The notes: generated by a model not told the origin, from the letters alone. 64,000 nucleotides of DNA from an uncultured delta proteobacterium (GCA_963706575.1 CAVPNL010000006.1:896001-960000), one strand, 5' to 3'; counted from the first letter of the stretch, positions 50,973 through 60,962 are shown. Made by a program: numbers and translations.

Positions 50973-52364
50973 TTATTCCGCTAAATCGGAATTTAGATTG
51001 ATTCCGTATTTCTTTATGCGTTTCCATATGGTCACCCGGCTGACGCCCATCAATCTGGCGGCTTCGGATTGATTGCCGTTCACCTGGCGCAAGGCGTTTA
51101 ACAGGTGCTCTCTTTCAGTTTTCCATGAGCCGGCCCGGTTTCTGGGACCTGTAGGGGTCCTTTGAGCGAACCCGTTAACCTTAGGCGGCAGATGCTCTCT
51201 GTCGATCCACCCGCCGGGACATAGCACAAGGGCATACTCGATGGCGTTGCGAAGTTCACGGACGTTGCCGGGCCAATCATAGGCGAAAAATGTCTCCATC
51301 GCTTCTGGGGTAAGTCCCAGGATGGCCTTGTCTCCTCTATCCCCGTTCTGCTCAATGAAATTCTGAACGATAATAGGAATGTCTTCAGGGCGTTGCGCCA
51401 GTGACGGGCAATTCAGCGGAAATACATTAATACGAAACAATAGATCTTCACGGAACAATTCCCGGGCGACCAGATCGTCTAGATTTTTATTGGTGGCCGA
51501 AATGATGCGGACATCAACTGAAATCGGTCGATGATCGCCAACGCGTTCGATTTCTTTTTCCTCCAGGACTCGTAAAAGTTTCACCTGGGTCGTGAGCGGA
51601 ATATCACCGATTTCATCCAGAAAGATGGTTCCCCCGTGGGCCGCTTCGAAGCGGCCGATGCGTGTTCGATCTGCCCCCGTATAAGCCCCTTTTTCGTGTC
51701 CGAAAAGCTCACTTTCCAGCAGGTTTTCATTTAAAGCAGCACAGTTAACTTTGATAAAGGGTTTGTTGGAGCGCAAGCTGGTTTCGTGAATGGCACGCGC
51801 CACCAGTTCTTTGCCGGTACCGCTCTGGCCATAAATTAACACCGGCGCTTCAGTTTGGGACACATTTTCGATCAGTTCAAACAGCTGCTGCATGGCAGGC
51901 GACTCTCCCAGCATTCCATGAAAGCCCTCATCCAGGCGGCAGGATTTCCGTAATGATTCAATTTCCTGTTGCTGTTGAATCAGTTCGGATATATCGGTGA
52001 GCGTTTCAACCGATCCGATCATTTCCCCATCTGCATCATGCAGCACAGATGCGTTCTTGAGTACGTGAGCCGCCCTTAGATTCTTTTTGGTAATCAGGCA
52101 TTTTTTGGCTCGCACCTCACCTTTCTCAAACAGACTGCACCAGTCTTTGCCCGAACCGCGGCCATAAAGTGTGCAGCCGGTACAATTTAAGATACGGCAA
52201 TTGCTGCCAATCAGTTCATCGGCTGAATATCCGGTCAGCTTCTCCGCAGCCGGGTTGGCGGCCAGAATATTTCCCTGCACATCAATGACCATGAGCCCAT
52301 CCTGCAGCGTGTCAACGATGGTTTTCCAATATTTACCAATATCCACTTTTAAAATCTCCTTCAT
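50973..52364 (-). CDS. PAS-domain sigma54-dependent Fis-family transcriptional activator
   Basis: PAS with Cys cluster, [41 protein letters not shown]-terminal HTH. Confidence 0.93.
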   Translation of the reverse strand: MKEILKVDIGKYWKTIVDTLQDGLMVIDVQGNILAANPAAEKLTGYSADELIGSNCRILNCTGCTLYGRGSGKDWCSLFEKGEVRAKKCLITKKNLRAAHVLKNASVLHDADGEMIGSVETLTDISELIQQQQEIESLRKSCRLDEGFHGMLGESPAMQQLFELIENVSQTEAPVLIYGQSGTGKELVARAIHETSLRSNKPFIKVNCAALNENLLESELFGHEKGAYTGADRTRIGRFEAAHGGTIFLDEIGDIPLTTQVKLLRVLEEKEIERVGDHRPISVDVRIISATNKNLDDLVARELFREDLLFRINVFPLNCPSLAQRPEDIPIIVQNFIEQNGDRGDKAILGLTPEAMETFFAYDWPGNVRELRNAIEYALVLCPGGWIDREHLPPKVNGFAQRTPTGPRNRAGSWKTEREHLLNALRQVNGNQSEAARLMGVSRVTIWKRIKKYGINLNSDLAE

Positions 52365-52598
52365 ATTATGTTAATATGTTAACTTAACGAGTGTTAACTT
52401 AGCATTAACTGTTAACCTCTGCAAGGATGAATTTATCCTGTTATTTTGATTTCTTTCCAGTCGAAAAAAGCGCACGATATGGTAAAGGATAATCCATATA
52501 TCAATTTAAATGGCTGATATTATGGTATATATAATTTTCCCTGAAATTTATTTTTCATTTTAGAGAAAAAGCCGTTTGTATTTTTAAATATTTTCTAA

Positions 52599-52615
52599 TT
52601 GGTATAAATATTGCT
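52599..52615 (+). promoter_or_regulatory. Sigma54 (-24/-12) promoter
   Basis: TTGGTATAAATATTGCT has GG-N10-GC spacing, lies upstream of 52682 and is divergent from a sigma54 activator. Confidence 0.75.
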
Positions 52616-52681
52616 CAACATGTCTTTGATTCGTATCATTTTTATAAGGATTACGAAATTTCAGCAAAGGAGTTTATATTC

Positions 52682-53350
52682 ATGACTGCCGCAACCAATA
52701 ATTTAACCAATATTTACCTGTATACCCGCTATGAGCGATTCTGGCACTGGTTGCAAACCGTGCTGATTGTTTTATTGCTGATTAGCGGTTTTGAGACCAA
52801 GGGTCTTTATACCCTTATGGGATTTAAAACCGCAGTTGAAGTGCACAACTTCGCGGGAAACACCTGGCTGATTGCATTTTTGTTCTTTGCTTTCTGGATT
52901 GCGACCACCGGAGAATGGCGGCAATATATTCCGACGACCAAAAAAATGGTAAAGGTGGTTCGGTATTATCTTTATGGCATCTTTCGCGGTGAAGCGCACC
53001 CGGTGCCCAAGCGCAAAGATGCCAAACACAACCCGCTGCAGCGAATCACCTACCTGATTCTGGCGGCCATCCTGCTGCCGGTTCAAATGGTGACCGGGTT
53101 GTTGTACTGGGGCTACAACTCCTGGCCGCAATGGGGACTGGCGGGTCTGTCGCTCAAAGTGGTGGCGCTGATCCATACGGCTGGCGCCTTTGCCATCTTA
53201 TCCTTTGTGATCGTTCATATTTATATGATCACTACCGGCCATACCATCCTGGCACATACCCGTGCCATGATTTCCGGCTGGGAAGAAGTTAAACACCCTG
53301 AAAACGTCGAGGACTGGGAGATCAAAACCAAAGCAGCGAAATCGGCTTAA
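52682..53350 (+). CDS. Cytochrome b/b6 domain protein (PhsC/Ni-hydrogenase b-type)
   Basis: ERFWHWLQ, VEVHN, KHNPLQRITY, LIHT, VHIYM (heme-ligating His residues). Confidence 0.88.
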   Translation: MTAATNNLTNIYLYTRYERFWHWLQTVLIVLLLISGFETKGLYTLMGFKTAVEVHNFAGNTWLIAFLFFAFWIATTGEWRQYIPTTKKMVKVVRYYLYGIFRGEAHPVPKRKDAKHNPLQRITYLILAAILLPVQMVTGLLYWGYNSWPQWGLAGLSLKVVALIHTAGAFAILSFVIVHIYMITTGHTILAHTRAMISGWEEVKHPENVEDWEIKTKAAKSA

Positions 53351-53653
53351 GTTAATGTCAAGGCTTTCACCTCCGGCTCACAACGAAATGATTGCGGGTT
53401 AGAAACGAGGACGACGACGAGTACGATGCGAGGGAAGGTTGCCTATATTGTAATCGTCCTCGTTCTCGTGCTCGTCCTCGATATTGGCATTTTTGAGCTT
53501 CTATTATTACCATGACGTTGATATTCAATCGTTGAGAATTCGCCCTCCGTCGCACGCTCCACGTCCTATATCGCATCCTCAACCCATCACTTTCAAAATA
53601 ATTTGAATTTCGCAACAATTCAGGGTATAAGTTTTGTATGTTGAATTTTATTC

Positions 53654-53687
53654 TTGACACCGTATAAAGTTTGTTGTAACTAACTTT
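53654..53687 (+). promoter_or_regulatory. feo promoter (-35 TTGACA) overlapped by a 22-bp near-palindrome (candidate DtxR/MntR-family operator)
   Basis: TTGACA at 53654 and aaagtttgttgtaactaacttt at 53666-53687. Confidence 0.55.
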
Positions 53688-53736
53688 TTCGATCTTATTT
53701 TAATCACACCACCGATGTAGGGAGGATTGAATCCGA

Positions 53737-53967
53737 ATGCGAATCAACCTGCGCAATATGCACGATAATCAGGCAGGCACAATTGCCAGCGTTAAAGTGG
53801 CGGGCGAGCTGGGGCGGCGCCTCCGCGATATGGGACTTGTTCCGGGAACCGAAATTAAAATCCAGGGCCGCGCCCCGCTATATGACCCCGTGGCGTTAAG
53901 AGTCATGGGGGCGACGCTGACGCTGCGCAACAATGAAGCCGATTATATCGAAGTGGAGGTCGAATAA
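53737..53967 (+). CDS. feoA: Ferrous iron transport protein A
   Basis: RRLRDMGLVPGT, APLYDP, LRNNEA. Confidence 0.93.
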   Translation: MRINLRNMHDNQAGTIASVKVAGELGRRLRDMGLVPGTEIKIQGRAPLYDPVALRVMGATLTLRNNEADYIEVEVE

Positions 53968-53970
53968 CAT

Positions 53971-56198
53971 ATGGCACCAACAGTCGCCTTGGCCGGCAAC
54001 CCCAATTCCGGCAAAACCACCCTTTTTAACGAACTCACCGGGTCGCGGCAGCATGTGGGCAATTATCCCGGCGTGACGGTCGAAAAAAAGAGGGCACTTA
54101 TGTGCGGATCCATGACGGCTTCAGGCTGCATATCGTTGATCTTCCCGGCACCTATTCCCTCACGGCCTATTCCCTGGAAGAAGTGGTGACCCGTGATTTT
54201 CTGGTCAACCAGAAACCGGAAGTAGTCATCAACATCGTTGATGCCTCCAACCTGGAACGCAATCTATATCTGGCCATCCAGTTCCTTGAAATGGGTATTC
54301 CGATTTGCATCGCCCTCAACATGATCGATGTGGCCAAAAAACGGGGGATTAAAGTCAATGCCCAAAAACTTTCATCTCTGCTGGGCGTACCCGTCACCCC
54401 AACCGTTGCCCGCTCCGGCCGGGGCAAAAAGGAACTCATGGACAGCGCCTCTCAGATTGCCCGGGAACCTCATCAATTGACGTCGCTTAAAATTTCTTAC
54501 GGGGCGGATATCGACCCGGTGCTTTCTGAAATGGAAAAAGAAATAGCCGACCACCATTTTCTAACCGACACCTATCAGGCGCGCTGGATTGCCTTAAAAT
54601 ACTTAGAAAGCGATGAACAGATTATTGGTAAAGGCCAAAAGGTCAATCCGGACCTTTCCAGCCGCCTGAGGGAAATGGTGCGCAAGGTCTCTCACCACCT
54701 GCTAAATACCCTGGATACCTATCCGGAGGCCATGATTGCCGATCAGCGTTATGGGTATATCAAATCGATTCTGAAGCAAGGGGTCATCCACCACAAATAC
54801 GACCGCAACCGGCTGTACAGCTCGGATCGAATCGACAAAGTGGTGACCAATCGCTTTGTGGGCCCCTTAATCATGTTGGCGGTGATTGCCGGGCTGTATC
54901 ATTTTACCTTTACTTACAGTAAATTACCGGTAGGATGGCTGGAAAGTTTTTTTGGCTGGCTGGGGTCAACCCTGTCGACCGTCTTACCGGAGGGCATGCT
55001 GAAATCGCTGATCGTATCGGGAATCATTGATGGTGTCGGCGGCGTCCTGGGTTTTGTGCCCCTCATCATGTTTATGTTTTTCGGCATTGCCATACTGGAG
55101 GATTCCGGCTATCTGGCCCGGGTGGCCTTTATGCTGGACCGCGTATTTCGTATATTTGGTTTGCACGGCAGCTCGGTGATGGCGTTTATTGTATCCGGCG
55201 GTATTGCCGGGGGCTGTGCCGTGCCGGGGGTGATGGCAACCCGCACCCTCAAGTCACCGCGTGAACGCCTGGCCACCCTGTTGACCGTGCCTTTTATGAA
55301 CTGCGGTGCCAAATTGCCCGTATTTGCCCTGTTGATTGCGACGTTTTTTGCCAAATATGAGGCGGCCATTATGTTTTTGATTACGCTTGGTGCCTGGGCC
55401 GGTGCGCTGCTGGTTGCCAAGCTGTTGCGCGTCACGGTCATCAAAGGTGCGGCGACTCCCTTTGTGATGGAGCTTCCCCCCTACCGCATGCCGACCTTCA
55501 AAGGCCTGGCCATTCACACCTGGGAGCGCACCTGGCAATATATCAAAAAAGCCGGGACGGTGATTTTGGGGCTGTCGATCGTACTGTGGGCCATGATGAC
55601 CTTTCCCGGGCTGCCGGATTCGAAGATTCAGGAGTTTGAAACATTGCGCCAGGCGGAAATAAATCTTGTGCCGGCCGGAGTTGCCGCTGAACTGGAAGCT
55701 GCCCGGGAAGGTACTGAGCTCTCCGGACCGGCGAGCAGCCTTAAAGAACGGATCCAACGCATCCATGCAGCCGAGGCTGAAGCCGGATTGCGAAATTCGA
55801 TCGCCGGTCGTATTGGCGGCGCATTGGAGACCGTATCGAAATGGGCAGGTTTTGATTGGCGAACGAATATCGCGCTGGTGGGCGGATTTGCCGCCAAGGA
55901 AGTGGTGGTTTCAACTCTGGGTACGGCCTATTCTCTGGGAGAGTTGGATCTTGAAGAAACCGGCTCTTTGTCTGAAACCCTGGCCAGGGACCCAGGCTGG
56001 TCACCCTTGGTGGCGGTAGGTCTGATCGTTTTTACGATGTTCTATTCACCCTGTTTTGTCTCGGTCATCTGTATTTCAAGGGAATCGGGTTCCTGGAAAT
56101 GGGGCGTGTTTGCCATGGCATTTAATACCGTGCTGGCCTTTGTTTTAGCGGTGCTCATCTTTCAAATTGGATCCGCCTTCGGAATTTTGGTGAAATAA
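53971..56198 (+). pseudogene. feoB: Ferrous iron transport protein B, interrupted by a -1 frameshift in an A7 run at 54083-54089
   Basis: GNPNSGKT and [10 protein letters not shown] in the first frame; [13 protein letters not shown] and the membrane domain in the -1 frame. One extra A restores VEKKEG. Confidence 0.85.
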
Positions 56199-56199
56199 A

Positions 56200-56367
56200 A
56201 TGCAAACCCTTATCGTTATTTTAATCGTTGCGATTGCAGCGGCGTTTCTGATTCGGAATTTTTTAAAAAAATTTAAACAGGAAGATGCCTGCAGTTGTGG
56301 GTGTGCGTCCTGTCCCACGGACCCGGCTTCCTGTGAAGAAAATCCGGAAAATTCTCAGCTGCATTAA
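56200..56367 (+). CDS. FeoB-associated Cys-rich small membrane protein (55 aa, absent from the ORF track)
   Basis: MQTLIVILIVAIAAAFLIRNFLKKFKQEDACSCGCASCPTDPASC..., starting 1 nt after the feoB stop. Confidence 0.85.
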   Translation: MQTLIVILIVAIAAAFLIRNFLKKFKQEDACSCGCASCPTDPASCEENPENSQLH

Positions 56368-56397
56368 GATCACCGGAAATACGGAAGTGTTAAATAA

Positions 56398-56477
56398 ACC
56401 ACAATGACACGAAGATCGCAAAGAAAGATGCCTTAAAAGTCTTTGTGAACTTTGTGCGTTCTGTTCTTTTTGTGGTG
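56398..56477. repeat. 9-nt-period CCAC...GTGG inverted element
   Basis: accacaatgacacgaagatcgcaaag ... ctttgtgaactttgtgcgttctgttctttttgtggt. Confidence 0.6.
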
Positions 56478-56510
56478 AAAAATATCTTTCAACTTTAAGG
56501 GAAAAATAAA

Positions 56511-57053
56511 ATGGGCCGCAAAGAACCGTTAAGCTCCAATATGGAAGACTATCTTGAAGCCATTTTCCACATTTCTCAAGAAAAACAGGCTGCCAGGGCC
56601 AAAGATATTGCCGATCGAGTGCAGGTAAACAAATCTTCTGTGACCGGTGCCCTGCGTTCGCTTTCCGAGAAAGGACTGGTGAACTATGCACCCTACGATA
56701 TTATTACCCTGACGACGAAAGGCAAAAAGTTGGCGGTAGAAATCGTCAGAAGGCATGAAGCCCTTAAAGAATTTTTTATTAAAATCCTGTTAATCGATAA
56801 GGATGAGGCTGAAGAAACCTCCTGCAAGGTCGAGCACGCGGTCTCAAAAAACATTATCGATCGGCTCATTCATTTTGTGGAGTTTATGGAAATATGCCCC
56901 CGCGGTGGGAAAGAATGGCTAAAAGGGTTTCGACGCCACTGCGAAAATGGTGATACCGCAAACCGTTGCGGTGATTACATAGTGGAATGTCTCGAAGATT
57001 TGAAAAAACGGCAACGCCAAATCGCATCCTCACACAATACCCAGACTCGCTGA
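56511..57053 (+). CDS. DtxR/MntR-family metal-dependent transcriptional regulator
   Basis: MEDYLEAI, DIA..V..SSVTGAL, LTTKG, RRHE, CKVEH. Confidence 0.92.
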   Translation: MGRKEPLSSNMEDYLEAIFHISQEKQAARAKDIADRVQVNKSSVTGALRSLSEKGLVNYAPYDIITLTTKGKKLAVEIVRRHEALKEFFIKILLIDKDEAEETSCKVEHAVSKNIIDRLIHFVEFMEICPRGGKEWLKGFRRHCENGDTANRCGDYIVECLEDLKKRQRQIASSHNTQTR

Positions 57054-57108
57054 ACACACAGGACATATCAAGGGGCAGGTAAAAAGGATATCATCAGGTG
57101 GGCCTAGT

Positions 57109-57381
57109 TTATCCGGCAGGCGGGGTTTTTGGCATATTTTGAATGACTTCTTTTAATTTTTTTGAGAAGTCTTTGGGGACAGGCCTGTTTTCCGCCTGTT
57201 TACACAGGTCAACGGTTCGCTTAAGGGTCTGCAGGCAAACAAAGCAGGGGACGCAATCTTTGATGTGCTTCTCGATGTCTTTGCAGGACACCTCATCCAG
57301 TTCATTATCCAGATACTCGGAAAGTTTTTGAAACAACTCCAGGCAGTGTTTATGATCGTGCTCATCTTTATTCATTTTCAA
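57109..57381 (-). CDS. Zinc-finger (HxxxCxxC) anti-sigma factor
   Basis: LSEYLDNEL, HIKDCVPC; overlaps the end of the ECF sigma gene. Confidence 0.88.
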   Translation of the reverse strand: MKMNKDEHDHKHCLELFQKLSEYLDNELDEVSCKDIEKHIKDCVPCFVCLQTLKRTVDLCKQAENRPVPKDFSKKLKEVIQNMPKTPPAG

Positions 57382-57985
57382 AATACCCTTTCAATTTGTC
57401 CCTCAAAAATAAGCGTGCCCGGTGTAGCCTGACTTTCACATTCGCATCCGATAAATTCAAAATCTGTGCGGTTTCGGCCGTGCTGAACCCTTCAATGTCT
57501 CTTAATACAATCACCAGTCGGTATTTTTCGGGAAGCGTATAAATGGCTTCGTTGATCTTATCTAAAAGTTCATCGTTTAGCAGCTTATCCAGGGGCATCA
57601 GCGCCCATTTGGGAACCTGATCGGGAACTTCGGCTTCCTCCTGGGGGAAAAACTCATCCAGGGACAATTCCTGTTTCGGGGCGAATTTTGATTTTCGCCG
57701 CTTTTTAATGCACGTGCTGGCGGCCACCCGGTAGAGCCAGTTTTTAAATTTGGTTTCGTAGCGGAAATTCTTTAAATATCGAAAGACATTTAGAAAAGTT
57801 TCTTGAACCGTATCTTCGGCATCGGCCGTATTGCGACACATCCGCAGGCTGAAATTATACAGCTTTTGCTCGTACCGTTTGACAAGGTCCGAATAACGAT
57901 CGAATTGGCCTGAATTGATGGCCTGAATCAGCTCAAAATCTTTATCTTTTATCTTTTTGCGCTTCGCTGGCCTGGGTACTGTCAT
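57368..57985 (-). CDS. ECF RNA polymerase sigma factor
   Basis: DAEDTVQETF, FKNWLYRVA, LPEKYR, NVKVRLHRAR. Confidence 0.93.
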   Translation of the reverse strand: MTVPRPAKRKKIKDKDFELIQAINSGQFDRYSDLVKRYEQKLYNFSLRMCRNTADAEDTVQETFLNVFRYLKNFRYETKFKNWLYRVAASTCIKKRRKSKFAPKQELSLDEFFPQEEAEVPDQVPKWALMPLDKLLNDELLDKINEAIYTLPEKYRLVIVLRDIEGFSTAETAQILNLSDANVKVRLHRARLFLRDKLKGYFENE

Positions 57986-58134
57986 GGTTGCTTGTCACCT
58001 GACAAGAATTTTTCAGTCAGGTCGGAATGCCTAATTTTGGAAGAATATAGGCCTGCAGGAGAATCCAGATACCCGCAATGCCTAACATGATGATAAGCTC
58101 TTTCATAATCATACTCCTTGTAATTAATAAGATC

Positions 58135-58611
58135 TCAGCGGGCATTTGTCCACTGTTTTTTAAAAATCAGGCAGTAGGCGGTTACTATCAAGAATGTCAT
58201 CACCAGTCCCAGATGGGCTAAATCCAGGAAGATAATAAACCGCGGCCCGAACTGGTTTCCTGCCAGATTTCGGATCACCAGCAATATGCCCGATACCAGA
58301 ATGCCAGCCAGAATTGCGCCCCGGACGTAACCGGTGGCGGTCAGGCGAAGGTGTTTTTTTTGCAGAATCAGGTAGTCAATGGCCATGTAGGCCACCAGCG
58401 CCAGGATTAAAATTGCGGCCAGGTAATGAATATAATGGGTCACAAAAAATTGCGCCAGCCAGCCAAGACCGGGGATATCGGCAATGTAGTAGCGTTTAAA
58501 AATGGGCATTTGGCCGAAACCGGTGAGGGTTAATAAAAAGACTGTTAACAAATAAACATAGCGAACGGTACGGTTGGGTACCTTTGATATAGCGGTTTGT
58601 TGCACTTTCAT
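58135..58611 (-). CDS. Membrane protein, probable partner of the 4Fe-4S protein
   Basis: Four TM segments, TGFGQMPIFKRYYIADIPG, His residues in helices. Confidence 0.7.
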   Translation of the reverse strand: MKVQQTAISKVPNRTVRYVYLLTVFLLTLTGFGQMPIFKRYYIADIPGLGWLAQFFVTHYIHYLAAILILALVAYMAIDYLILQKKHLRLTATGYVRGAILAGILVSGILLVIRNLAGNQFGPRFIIFLDLAHLGLVMTFLIVTAYCLIFKKQWTNAR

Positions 58612-58631
58612 TTCTATAGGCTCCTTCGTTG

Positions 58632-59594
58632 CTATTCGCTGCTCTTTGTCAGTTTGACAAATTTTCCCACTGCTGCCGCAATTCCGGCCACCGGGGCAAG
58701 GATCATTGCAGTCGCCAGGTTGTTGGCCTGGGCCATGGTGTCTTTTACCGGTTTGAGGTGCGGCTTTCCTTTGCCCTTTTCAATGGCCTTATTCAGCTCT
58801 TCAAACGGCACCGGTGAAACATAAATGGTATTGGTTCCGCCATTTTCTTTCTCACCGTAAATATAGCCGTTGGTTTCTTTGGCCAGCGCCCGCGCTTTTT
58901 GGATGATTTCATCCCGCGGCCCGATAGTCTGCATATCCTCGGGGCAGGCTTCGATGCAGGCCGGCAATTGGCCGTCTGCGATTTGGTCGTAGCAGCGGTC
59001 GCACTTGTACATCACACCGTTGCCGGCAAAGGACGGCAGAATATCAAGATACAGGCCTGTTCCTGTCTGGCGCTGCGGGATATCCCAGGGGCACACCTTT
59101 TTACACTTGGAACCCCCGAGACAAATATCGGAATCGATCCTGGATATACCATTGTCAAGCTGCCGCGCAGCGCCCCAGGGGCAGAGTTTTACACACGGCG
59201 GATTGACACAGTGCATACAGCGTCGGGGCATTGTTATTTCCTGTTCTTCACCATTTAAATCAACAGTGGCATGTTGAATAAAAAGCCAGTTGTAGGGGGT
59301 TAGACGATCATCAACATCCTGCTTTTCCGACCAGTCTTCAACCGGCACCCGGTTGGGATACATTTTGGGAAATGGTTTAGGGGGATTGGGGTATTTATGA
59401 GCGTTGGTTTCATTACAGGCTTCCACACAGGCGCCGCAACCGATGCATTTACCGATGTCCAGCAAGGTCGCCAGCTGAGTTTTCCCCTGTGGTGCCGCTG
59501 CTGCGGAAGCACCCGGAATGCTGCCGGCAGCCAGGCCGGCTGCTGCTGCGATTCCGCTTCTTAAAAATGTTCTTCTTGAAATTTCCTGCCCCAA
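58632..59594 (-). CDS. Tat-exported 4Fe-4S dicluster (DmsB/HybA-like) protein
   Basis: SRRTFL Tat motif, CIGCGAC, CMHCVNPPCVKLCP, KCDRC, PACIEACP. TTG start after AAGGAG. Confidence 0.9.
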   Translation of the reverse strand: MGQEISRRTFLRSGIAAAAGLAAGSIPGASAAAAPQGKTQLATLLDIGKCIGCGACVEACNETNAHKYPNPPKPFPKMYPNRVPVEDWSEKQDVDDRLTPYNWLFIQHATVDLNGEEQEITMPRRCMHCVNPPCVKLCPWGAARQLDNGISRIDSDICLGGSKCKKVCPWDIPQRQTGTGLYLDILPSFAGNGVMYKCDRCYDQIADGQLPACIEACPEDMQTIGPRDEIIQKARALAKETNGYIYGEKENGGTNTIYVSPVPFEELNKAIEKGKGKPHLKPVKDTMAQANNLATAMILAPVAGIAAAVGKFVKLTKSSE

Positions 59595-59894
59595 TTGTGA
59601 TCTCCTTTCGGGTTAAAAGCATCCTAAGTACAGCATCGTTTTGAATCGTTTTCCTTAAAGAACCCGGTGTCTCAATTCGGTTACAAATTTCTTCTCATAT
59701 ATGGATATTTTTCTGATGAATAGGGTCTTTCGCAGGAATTAAAGCCAAGATGCATGCAACATAGCGGTAAAGCGGTCTCGCTTGCATTAAAGCGAACAAG
59801 AAGATGATATTTCAATGATCGACAGTAAGATTTGATTGACTTGAACACCACCCATTGTGGTATTTGTAATTTGGGCTAAACTAAGAGAATCAAA

Positions 59895-60090
59895 ATGAAA
59901 CGCGAATTAATCATAGCGACGTGTCAATTTCCGGTCAGTGGGGATATTAAAAGGAACGCGTCATACATTCTACGACGGATGGCAGAAGCAAAGGCAAAAG
60001 GGGCGGATGTATCTCATTTTCCTGAAAGCAGCCTCAGCGGATATGCCGGAACTGATTTTAAGCGTTACAAAAGTCAAGATGAGGACTTGT
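59895..60090 (+). pseudogene. 5' fragment of a carbon-nitrogen hydrolase (nitrilase family)
   Basis: IATCQFPV..DIKRN..AKAKGADVSHFPESSLSGY. Similarity is lost after about 65 codons, where it meets the opposite-strand gene. Confidence 0.75.
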
Positions 60091-60099
60091 GCCTGGGTT

Positions 60100-60756
60100 C
60101 TAATAATCACTGTCATGGTCGCGATTCGTTGCCGGAAGATCAACCTGAATCAACTTCGTCCCGGAAAAATCACACCGGTAAAACCGGGCGCCTGTCATAT
60201 TGCATAGGGCAATGGTCGCCTTGGAAAAATTACAAACTTCCAAATTAGCATCGTCGAATTCCGTGTGCCTGAAAACGGCCTGTTCAAATCGTGCCTCCTT
60301 CAAAAGAGCGGATGCAAAGCTGGCAAAGTGGAAACAGGCCCGGGCAAAATCGGTCCCGGTGCAAACGGACCGCCAGAACCACGTATTGTGCAAACAGGTA
60401 TTTTTAAAAACGGCTGATTCGAGGTTTGCTCCGGAGAAATTGGTGAATTGTAGATGGGCACCCGTTATGTTGGCCCCGGAAATGTTGGCGCCCGCAAGAT
60501 TGGCCCACTGAAGTCCTGCGTGCTCCAAGCAGCAACCCCCTAATTCGGCGCCAGTCAGATCGGCAGCACGCAACTGTATCCTGGTCATGTCTGCACCCCG
60601 CAAATGGGCTCTTTCAAGCCTGACTCCCTGAAGATCCAGATCCGATAAATCGATTCCGTTCAATACGGCCCGGTGCCCATGCGCGCCGTGTGATTCCAAC
60701 CACAGCCGATGGTCCTCGAAGCATTTTTTCAACTCAAATGGGATGGATTTCGGCAT
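60100..60756 (-). CDS. Pentapeptide repeat protein
   Basis: ELKKCFEDHRLWLESHG then A(N/D)(L/F)xx repeats. AGGAGG RBS precedes ATG 60756. Confidence 0.85.
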   Translation of the reverse strand: MPKSIPFELKKCFEDHRLWLESHGAHGHRAVLNGIDLSDLDLQGVRLERAHLRGADMTRIQLRAADLTGAELGGCCLEHAGLQWANLAGANISGANITGAHLQFTNFSGANLESAVFKNTCLHNTWFWRSVCTGTDFARACFHFASFASALLKEARFEQAVFRHTEFDDANLEVCNFSKATIALCNMTGARFYRCDFSGTKLIQVDLPATNRDHDSDY

Positions 60757-60804
60757 GCATGAACCTCCTTTCAAAGTTTCGTTGACTATCGTTCTTTGGG
60801 ATAT

Positions 60805-60830
60805 GACGGATAAACGAACAAAAAGGTTAC
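60805..60830 (-). promoter_or_regulatory. ECF-type promoter GTAACC-N16-CGTC (leftward)
   Basis: Minus strand gtaacctttttgttcgtttatccgtc. Confidence 0.7.
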
Positions 60831-60900
60831 ACTGTCTGAAGACCCCACGTATTAATAGATTGACAATTTTTCCCTCTAACATATAGATAATTACCTATGT

Positions 60901-60926
60901 GTAACCTTTAGGGCCAACCTTCCGTC
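60901..60926 (+). promoter_or_regulatory. ECF-type promoter GTAACC-N16-CGTC (rightward)
   Basis: gtaacctttagggccaaccttccgtc. Confidence 0.7.
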
Positions 60927-60962
60927 TTACATTCAAATTATTCCTAAAAGGAGGATCATTCT

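Noticed and set aside
60100..60756. Qnr quinolone-resistance gene
   Set aside because: Only generic pentapeptide repeats are visible, and I see no evidence for Qnr specifically.
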